Below, piece by piece: positions 1 through 9,893 of a DNA stretch of 64,000 nucleotides. The notes below the pieces were generated by a model. The model did not search any database. It was not told the DNA's origin and saw only the letters and a program-made list of their open reading frames with translations. The position numbers and the translations under genes were made by a program. The DNA is from the human T2T-CHM13v2.0 reference genome, Homo sapiens. Position 1 is the first letter of the stretch. Each line of letters opens with the position of its first letter. The DNA is taken from assembly GCF_009914755.1 (NCBI RefSeq), contig NC_060936.1; one strand, 5' to 3'.

Positions 1-1414
1 GGTAAAAAAAGATACTCAACAGTTAAATTACAAAGATCTCTAATCTCTCTATAGTACAACTTGTTGAATCTACAAGATGTGTTTGTAAGTCTTGCGGTAA
101 CCATAATGCAAAAACCTATAATAGACCCACTAAAAATAAAAACTAATGAGTTAAAACATACGACCAGAGAAAATCACTTAACCAGAAAGGAAGATGTAAG
201 AAAGGAAGAGAGCAGTTACAAAACAACCAGAAAATAAGCAACAAAATGAACTAGTAAGGACGACTTTATAAATAATAACCCTGAATGCAAATGGACTCGC
301 TTCTCGAATTAAAGAGCACAGAGTGGCTGAATGGGGAAGAAAAAAAAAAACCAAGATCCAAATATATACTACCTACAAGAAACCGACCTCACCTATAAAG
401 ACACACATGAGGATGAAAGTGAAGGGATAAAGATGTTCCACGCAATTGGAAAACAAAGAAGAGCAAAGAGTAGCTATATTTATAAAGAGATAAAATAGAC
501 TATGAACAAGTCCTGTAAAAAGAGATAAAGAAGGTCAATAAATAATGATAATGGGGTCAACGAAGCAAGTGGACATAATTATAAATATCTATGCACTCAA
601 CACCCAAGATCTTAAGTATATAAAACAAACATTAATAGACTTAAAGTGAGGGGTAGACTGCAATACAGCAAAAGTAAGAAACTTAAAAAAATAATAAAAA
701 GGGACTTCCAGCCAGAAAATCAACAACAACAACAACAAAAACAAAAAACACATCAGATTTAAACTACATACTAGATCAAATAGGCCTGTCATTTACAGAA
801 CATTTCACTCAATTGCTGGAGAATACACATTCTTTTCATCAACACATGAAATATTCTTCAGAATAGGCCATATCTTAGGCCACAAAAAGTCTCAACAATT
901 TCAAAAAAGCAGAAATCGTATCACTTATCTCTTCTGACCACAATGAAACTAGAAACCAAAGAAAGGAGGAACTTTGGAAACTACACAAAAACATGGAAAT
1001 TAAACAACATGCTCCAAAATGACCAACTAGCCAATGAAGAAATTAAGAAGGAAATTTAAAATCTCTTAAAGCAAATGAAAGTGGAGATACAAAATACCAA
1101 AATCTATGGGATACAACAAAAGCAGTACTAAAAGAGAAGTTTATAGCAATAAACAGCTGTATCAAAAAAGTACACTTCTAAAAAAAGAAAACAACAATCT
1201 AACAATGCAGACCTTAAGGAACTAGAAAAGCAAAAATAAACGAAATCCAAAATTAACAGAAGGAAATAATAAATACCAGAGCATAAATAAATAAAATTGA
1301 GACTTAAAAAGCAATATAAAAGATCAATGGTGCAAAAAGCCACATTTTTCAAAAGATAAACAAAAATGGACAATTCTTAGTCTTAGCAAGGCTAAGAAAA
1401 AAAGAGAAGATCCA
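1..1414 (+). mobile_element. Old LINE-1 (L1MA-type), left part: inter-ORF region and degenerate ORF2 endonuclease region; host of the OTUD4 retrocopy
   Basis: A-rich L1 ORF2-like sequence (e.g. ctgaatgcaaatggactc, gaatacacattcttttc, tctgaccacaatg, aaattaaacaacatgctc). It continues collinearly at 8954 after the retrocopy. Confidence 0.9.
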
Positions 1415-2140
1415 GGGGGAGCCCCCACCCGCTCCCCGCCCCTCCGGCGCCCTCCAGCGTGGTGGGGAAACGAAAGGCCGCGTCTTTCTTTTTTGGTTTC
1501 CTCGGCTCCCGGCGTGGGGAGCGCGCGGGGGACGCAGGCCCCGCTTCACCTGAGCCGGCCCGGCGTGCGCGCCTGGGGCGGGGCTTTTCTCGCTTCACAC
1601 CGGTACAGACGAGGAAACTTGTGGGGGCGGCGACCCCCGGCCTGGGTCCTGAGTCGGGCAGCGAGGCCGTCGGGAAGTGACTACTCACTCTCGGGGTTTT
1701 CCTTAATCCCGCTCCCCCCGTTTGTCGTGGGCGCGTGTTCGCTCCGAGGAGGCGGCCGCGTACGGACAGCCATGCATTAGGCAGGGCTTCCCTACGCGCC
1801 CGGAGAGCGCGGACCGCTGCCTCGGGCCGCCGCCGCCGCCTGCCGCCTGCCGCCGCTCGCGGAGCCCGAGCCCCAGCCCGAGCCGCCGCCTACCCCAGGC
1901 CGGGGCGTCGAGCAGCCGGCGGCCTGGCCATGTGGGGCTAGCCCTCGCGCCTGGCCTGCAGCAGGACCAGCAACATGGAGGCGGCCGTCGGCGTCCCCGA
2001 CGGCGAGGACCAGGGCGGCGCGGGGCCCCGCGAGGACGCGACGCCCATGGACGCCTGTCTGCGGAAACTGGGCTTGTATCGGAAACTGGTCGCCAAGGAC
2101 GGGTCGTGCCTGTTCCGGGCCGTGGCGGAGCAGGTATTGC
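1415..2140 (+). promoter_or_regulatory. CpG island carried by the retrocopy 5' end
   Basis: Very GC- and CpG-dense against CpG-poor flanks. GC box ggggcggggc (~1575-1584), ETS-like cgggaagtg (~1671-1679) and NRF1-like gcgtgcgcgc (~1563-1572). Confidence 0.75.
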
Positions 2141-3306
2141 ACTCTCAGTCTCGCCATGTTGAAGTCAGAATGGCCTGTATTCACTGTCTTCGAGAGAACA
2201 GAGAGAAATTTGAAGCGATTATAGAAGGATCATTTGAAGGATATTTAAAGCGCTTGGAAAATCCACAGGAATGGGTAGGACAAATGGAAATAAGTGCCCT
2301 TTCTCTTATGTACAGGAAAGATTTTATAACTAATCTGGAACCTAATGTTTCTCCTTCACAAGTAACTGAAAATAATTTTCCTGAAAAGGTGTTACTGTGT
2401 TTTTCAAATGGAAATCATTATGATATTGTGTATCCCGTAAAGTATAAAGAAAGCTCTGCTATGTGTCAGTCTCTCCTTTATGAATTGCTGTATGAGAAGG
2501 TATTTAAAACTGATGTTAGTAAAATTGTGATGGAACTAGACACGTTGGAAGTAGCTGATGAAGACAACAGTGAAATATCAGATTCAGAGGATGACAGCTG
2601 CAAGAGTAAAACTGCTGTTGCTGCTGCTGATGTGAATGGATTTAAACCTTTGTCAGGCAACGAGCAGCTGAAGAACAATGGGAACTCTACTAGCCTGCCT
2701 TTGGCTAGAAAGGTTCTTAAGTCACTCAATCCTGCAGTCTATAGAAATGTGGAATATGAAATTTGGCTGGAGTCTAAACAAGCTCAGCAAAAACGTGATT
2801 ATTCCATTGCTGCTGGCTTACAATATGAAGTTGGAGACAAATGTCAAGTTAGGTTGGATCACAATGGAAAATTTTTGAATGCAGACGTTCAAGGAGTTCA
2901 TTCTGAGAATGGACCAGTTTTGGTTGAAGAACTGGGAAAGTACACATCAAAGAACCTCAAGGCACCTCCCCCAGAAAGCTGGAACACAGTGTCAGGGAAG
3001 AAGAAGAAAAAACCTTCCACTTCTGGACAAAATTTCCATTCTGATATGGATTACAGAGGGCCAAAGAATCCAAGCAAGCCAATAAAAGCCCCATTAGCAC
3101 TACCTCCTCGACTGCAGCATCCTTCAGGAGTAAGACAACGTGAGTTCTCTAGTCATTCTTCAGGGTCACAGTCTCAGAAATTCTCCAGTGAGCACAAAAA
3201 TCTTAGCCGGACACCTTCACAGATCATAAGAAAACCTGATCGTGAAAGAGTTGAGGATTCTGATCACACAAGTCGAGAATCTAACTATTGCTACTTCTCA
3301 GAGTAG
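1975..3306 (+). CDS. OTUD4P1: Open 443-aa OTUD4-like frame (OTU domain, UIM/Tudor-like region); putative HIN1-like protein, expression unproven
   Basis: Strong Kozak caacATGG. Motifs AKDGSCLFRA (D42, C45) and NGNHYD (H148, D150) are intact. The frame stops shortly after an internal deletion. Confidence 0.55.
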   Translation: MEAAVGVPDGEDQGGAGPREDATPMDACLRKLGLYRKLVAKDGSCLFRAVAEQVLHSQSRHVEVRMACIHCLRENREKFEAIIEGSFEGYLKRLENPQEWVGQMEISALSLMYRKDFITNLEPNVSPSQVTENNFPEKVLLCFSNGNHYDIVYPVKYKESSAMCQSLLYELLYEKVFKTDVSKIVMELDTLEVADEDNSEISDSEDDSCKSKTAVAAADVNGFKPLSGNEQLKNNGNSTSLPLARKVLKSLNPAVYRNVEYEIWLESKQAQQKRDYSIAAGLQYEVGDKCQVRLDHNGKFLNADVQGVHSENGPVLVEELGKYTSKNLKAPPPESWNTVSGKKKKKPSTSGQNFHSDMDYRGPKNPSKPIKAPLALPPRLQHPSGVRQREFSSHSSGSQSQKFSSEHKNLSRTPSQIIRKPDRERVEDSDHTSRESNYCYFSE

Positions 3307-6300
3307 CAATCCATGTGTCCAGAGAAAATCATCACACGTAAGTGATAGAAAAGGAAGCAGGCGGAGAATGGATACAGAAGAACGAAAAGACAAAGACTCT
3401 ATTCATGGACATAGTTGGATAAAAGACCCGAACCAAGCATATTGGAGAATATTACTGATGATAAATATGCAACAGTTTCATCACCATCAAAGTCAAAGAA
3501 GTTAGAGTGCCCTTCTCCTGCAGAACAAAAGCCAGCAGAACATGTGTCTTTGTCAAATCCAGCTCCCCTTCTAGTTTCTCCAGAGGTACATCTAACTCCT
3601 GCAGTGCCTTCTTTACCAGCCACTGTGCCAGCCTGGCCAAGTGAACCTACAACTTTTGGACCAACAGGTGTCCCTGCTCCAATTCCTGTTTGGTCAGTGA
3701 CACAGACTTTGACCCCTGGACCTGATTCTGCTGTATCCCAAACTCATTTAACACCCTCTCCAGTTCCTGTGTCAATACAGGCAGTTAACCAGCCCTTGAT
3801 GCCTTTGCCTCAGACATTGAGCCTTTATCAAGACCCACTCTATCCTGGGTTTCCTTGTAATGAAAAGGGAGATCGAGCCATTGTACCACCTTCTTCACTG
3901 TGTCAGACTGGGGAGGACCTACCTAAAGATAAGAATATTCTTCGATTCTTCTTCAATCTTGGTGTGAAGGCATACAGTTGTCCTGTGTGGGCCCCACATT
4001 CTTACCTGTACCCTCTGCACCAGGCCTACCTGGCAGCCTGCAGGATGTACCCAAAGGTCCCTGTCCCTGTTTATCTTCATAATCCCTGGTTCAAAGAGGC
4101 TCCTGCCGCCCAGAATTAAAGTGATTGTACCTGTACTGATGCCCACTTTCCTATGCAGACTGAGGCTAGTGTTAATGGTCAAATGCTACAGCCAGTGATT
4201 GGACCGCCGACATTTTCTTCACCTCTGGTTATCCCTCCATCTCAGGTGTCTGAAAGTCACGGACAATTGTCTTACCAGGCTGATCTTGAATCTGAGACCC
4301 CTGGGCAGCTTCTGCATGCTGATTATGAAGAGTCACTGAGTGGCAAGAATATGTTCCCCCAGCCATCTTTTGGACCCAATCCATTCTTAGGCCCAGTTCC
4401 TATTGCACCTCCTTTCTTTCCTCATGTTTGGCATGGGTACCCTTTTCAGGGATTCATAGAAAATCCAGTAATGAGGCAGAATACTGTCCTGCCCTCTGAT
4501 GAGAAAGGAGAATTGGATCTGTCTCTGGAAAATCTGGATCTGTCTAAAGATTGTGGTTCAGTTTCCACAGTAGATGAGTTTCCAGCAGCCAGGAGTGAAC
4601 ATGTACATTCTCTCCCTGAAGCAAGTGTCAGCAGTAAGCCAGACGAAGGCCGGACAGAGCAATCTTCCCAGACACGAAAGGCAGATATGGCATTGGCTTC
4701 TATCCCTCCTGTAGCAGAGGGAAAGGCTCACCCTCCCACTCAGATTCTAAACAGAGAGAGAGAGAAATTGTGCCTGTTGAACTTGAACCTAAAAGGACCA
4801 TTCAAAGTCTGAAAGGAAAAACAGAAAAAGTAAAAGATCCTAAGACTGCTGCTGATGTGGTCAGCCCTGGGGCCAACTCTGTGGATAGCAGAGTGCAAAG
4901 ACCAAAAGAAGAGAGTTCAGAAAATGAAAATGAAGTGTCATATTTTGAGAAGTGGTAGATCCAAGCAGTTCTATAATCAAACTTATGGGAGCAGGAAGTA
5001 CAAAAGTGATTGGGGCTATTCTGGTAGGGGCGGATATCAACATGTGAGAAGTGAGGAGTCCTGGAAAGGACAGCCAAGCAGAAGTCGGGATGAAGGTTAT
5101 CAGTACCATCGAAATGTCAGAGGGCGACCATTTAGGGGAGATAGGAGGAGATCAGGGATGGGAGATGGCCATAGGGGACAGCACGCTTGACGGTTGTTGC
5201 CGAAGTATTTTCTAACAGAAACTCTTAGGTGGAATGTTTCTGAAGGCTTTAAAAAACTACAATAAAGTAAAAACCCCAGTTGGAACTCTTTCCTCTCCCC
5301 AGCCTCCTTACCTTCCCTCCCATACTCGACAAGACATTGTGGACATGAGTTCAAGGGGGCAGGTTAATTCCTGGCATTGCCGGTTTTCTTCATTCAGAAT
5401 CTGTTTATCTATCAAGTGACTGTCCTCGTAAAAAGCAGATGTTTGTTAAAGTATTTTTATAAGCAGCTTAATATAAAACATTATAGATTTAGTGTTTGGC
5501 TTTTTCCTTATAAGTTTATAAGTCTGATTTCAAATGTTGGAAATGTGTGCTTTATAGTGCTTACTAAAGTGACAAGAAAATACACCATTTGACACACTAT
5601 AGATTCCAAACATAACGTTGCACCAAATAGAAATGTCTATTTTATTATGCAATGCCTTAGTCATAAACTGGGCTCAGACAATTCTCAGCCTAAAACACTG
5701 TTGTCTTTTAAAATGCTTCCAACCCAAAGGCCTTTCATCTCGATATCTGTCAAACTTGAATAATGTCTTCTCTTTAATATTCACATAAGGCAGCCTATTA
5801 ACTGTGTCTTAGCAATGTTGTATATAGTTCTTTTAATATTCATAAGGTATATTTTTGAATTTTGGTATTTGTTGAGATTGCACAGAAGTATAGTAGGAAA
5901 TCCAATGAAATGGCTGTTTCCACCAAGAATTCTTAGCACTGGTGTAAATATCATGGTGCCTACTCGAAAGAAATGTAGATGCTACGCATTTTGAAAATAA
6001 TCTGCATCAGTCAGAACTGCAGAAGTTTTCTAAATGCCACTTTAACACTAATGCACTGACAGATTCTAAATATTTTGTGAGAAGAAATGTTAAAAATTTT
6101 TAGCTTGACAGGTTTCTAGAGTTACTGTGTGTGTATTTTTTTTCCCCTTGCACCATTGGTTATGTATCACTTTCACTTTACACTTGCATGTTCTCCTTGT
6201 CAGGGCTGGAACTATCGTATAGAAGATAATATGATTGTGACTTCTAGTTCTTTTCTAGAGGATGCTGCTAGAAAATGGTTTTGCTTTGTATTTTATAGCT

Positions 6301-9144
6301 TGTTACCCTTAGGTAGGTAACATCTTCCATTCTGCTTTCTTCCAGTCTTTGCAGTATTCACTAGAGGTTCCCTTTGCATGTTGTACTCTGTCCTCATTTG
6401 GAGATTGAACTCTGAATTAACACAGTATTCATTCATCTGTGTTATTTTGTAAAAATAACTGTAGCTTATATTCCTTATTTGTACATACCAATGTGAAAAT
6501 CCACTCTTTTATTATGTTGAGATTATCTTCTGATCAGGAAGTTTGAGTGCTATGCAAATAACATAGTAGTAATTTCTCTTTGCATACCATGTGTAATACA
6601 CCTAGCCAAAACCAGATGCGGTGACTTTCTTTTTTTGTAAAGCAAATTACTTAAGAAAATACAATTCACTTGAATTTGACAAACTGAAACAGATGAGTTT
6701 TCTGGGTTCTCTGATAACCTATGGGAATGTTTGGATGCCAGCTGGGCTCAGTGAATCGCCACTGTACTGTAATAATGGTTATTTACCTCTGTGCTGTTTT
6801 AATTACCTAACGTCCGTGTAACTGCTGATTTGAGTAGTGATTAGCATTTAGATAATGTAACAGGATTTTAGAGAGCACTTTGAAAGATAACATTTTATTA
6901 TGATGGTGCTAGGTAAAAAATTGTAAAGACTGGGATGGTTGTGTGGAAAACATTTTTTGAGAGAATCTATTGAAAGGAATTTGTTGTCACCTTCTAAACT
7001 AGAATAGTTGTTGAAGGTACCGCTTAAGCCATTTCTTTCTTAACACTGGTGGCTCAGTTAAGGAATGAGAAGATAGAGGGTCCTCCACTTTCAGCTTATG
7101 CTTTTTTTTGTAGGACTAGCTTACCTGATTTTAATGAAAATCACATTTTGATAGAAACACCAGATTTGAAAGTTCAATGTGTTTGATCTCAGGAGTCCAA
7201 AATAAGTTGTTGCTGCATTTTATTGACTGGGGTTTTATCTCAGCTTCTGAAAATGTTTAAAAATTGGAAGGAAATACTATTCATATCTTCATTGTCACTT
7301 TGTCTTACCTCAATTGAGTAACAGAATATATAGCTCCTGAAGGAAACACTGATTTGCTTTCTGTTTCCCATATCTCACCTCTAGGATATGATGGAAGAAG
7401 TGCTTGAAAGAGAATTTTAGCAGATGGTACTTTTCTCAGTGACCTCTGGAATAAAAGAACTGACTTTTGATAGTTTTAAAATTAATCTTTGCATGAAGGT
7501 TGGTTTCGCTTTTATCCTTTAAGTTTGTTTTTAAATGTATTAATTAGTCCACGGGATTTTGCCTTATGCTGAGGTCAAACTAAGGCTAAGCAAGCTTTTG
7601 TCCTTCATTTTAACTGTTTATGTCATACTGTATGTTGACATATTTCTTTATAAGAGAATAGAGGCAAAAGTATAGAACTGAGGATCATTTGCATTTTTGA
7701 GTTGGAAATTATGAAACTTCATATTATGATCATACATATTTTGAAGAACAGACTGACCAAAGCTCACCTGTTTTTTGTGTTAGGTGCTTTGGCTGAACTT
7801 TATTCCAGCCCCCTTTTCCCTTTGGTGTTGTGTATGTCTCTTCATTTCCTCTCAAATAAATCTTCAACTCTTGCCCCATGTCTCCTTGGCAGCAGGATGC
7901 TGGCATCTGTGTAGTCCTCATACTGTTTACTGATAACCCACAAATTCATTTTCATGGCAGACCTAAGCTCAGACCCTGCCTTGTCCTGGCAAGAGTAGGT
8001 TTCCCAGACCACAATGCCGATATATCTTATTTAATGTAGACTGTATTCTTGCAGTGTGTCGTTTCCTTTGTGACTCAAGGTTGAATTAAAATGCCTGTGA
8101 ACTGCAAACTTGCTTATGATTGACTTGGTGCAATAAAGTTCCCTTCTAACCATTTCTGGTTTAGAAAACATTCAGCCATCCTAGAAACTAGCAATATTTA
8201 TTTTGGCCTCTTTTGTTTTACCCTTCATTTTTAGATGAGGTAAATGTTTTGTCTTTTACTTAAGGATACTAAGCAAGGTCCACTCTAGTGTAGCTGAAGA
8301 GAATACGTATTTGGCTACACTATTTCTGTGTACTGTGTTTTGCTTCCTACTTTATGTCTAAATGCTATTGTTTTTGTTTAGAATCCTAATAATGTCTCAT
8401 TTCCAATATGTTATTTTCAAATAACTAAGGTTTTGCTACTAGTGTCAGCCATTTACTCTCCCACTAATTGGGATTATTTTTTAAAAGAGGTCTTTCTCCC
8501 CGAAATACAAGTTTTAGAAAATCTTAGAAGAGGAGTGGGTGCATGTCTTAATGCTGGGAAGCAGCAACTTTGGGGTTGAACTTACTTGAATGGATTAAAA
8601 ATTGCATTGTGTTACAGAGCTGAAAATTTTGTGTATGAAAAACGATAATAGCCTTACACTGAGTACAAATAATACTTTAAGAGCATGTGAAGATGTGATC
8701 ATTTGTGATGTTACTTGTAAAAAAAGTATATATACGTATCTTTTGAAGTGTTAAAAGGAAACCAGTACTTTATATTCTTTATCATATCACTTTTTGTAAG
8801 TGTTGAATATATTCCTGTTTATTTTTCTATGTTCTGTTTTGTAGCCTTAAGAAGTGTTTCAAACATATCTGAATGTATAAAATAAGAGTAAATGCCCTAC
8901 ATGGTGTGATGCTGCATTATATATAAAACTGTGTGCATATATTTAAAAAAAAAAAGAAAAACAGAGAACATCCAAATAAAATCAGAAATGAAAAAGGTGA
9001 CAACTGAGACCACAAGAAATACAAAGAATTATTAGAGACTATTATGGACAACATGCCAACAAATTGGAAAACTTAGAAGAAATGGATAAATTCCTGGACA
9101 TATAGAATCTACTATGATTAAATCATAAAGAAATAGAAAACTTG

Positions 9145-9893
<749 letters not shown>

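Larger units (their letters stand above)
1415..8953 (+). pseudogene. OTUD4P1: Full-length processed pseudogene of OTUD4 (HIN1L): 5' leader, intronless CDS, ~3.75 kb 3' UTR, A-tail
   Basis: Intronless OTUD4-like translation from MEAAVGVPDG (1975) to ...GHRGQHA* (5190), with an A-tail at 8945-8953. The 21-bp TSD is aagaaaaaaagagaagatcca (1394-1414) / aagaaaaacagagaacatcca (8954-8974), 2 mismatches. Lesions: frameshifts near 3289, 3414, 4760 and 4941, and a TAA at 4117-4119. Confidence 0.96.

Noticed and set aside
1349-2184. Several overlapping 66-146 aa ORFs on both strands
   Set aside because: Expected from stop-codon scarcity in GC-rich DNA; no recognisable domains.
3289-4958. Two pairs of compensating frameshifts (about 3289/3414 and 4760/4941) return the OTUD4 copy to its original frame
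   Set aside because: In-frame stops at 3304, 4117 and 4810 intervene, so no full-length protein is restored. The indels sit at slippage or microhomology sites.
3415-5190. 234-, 219- and 111-aa ORFs
   Set aside because: Fragments of the broken OTUD4 CDS, not independent genes.
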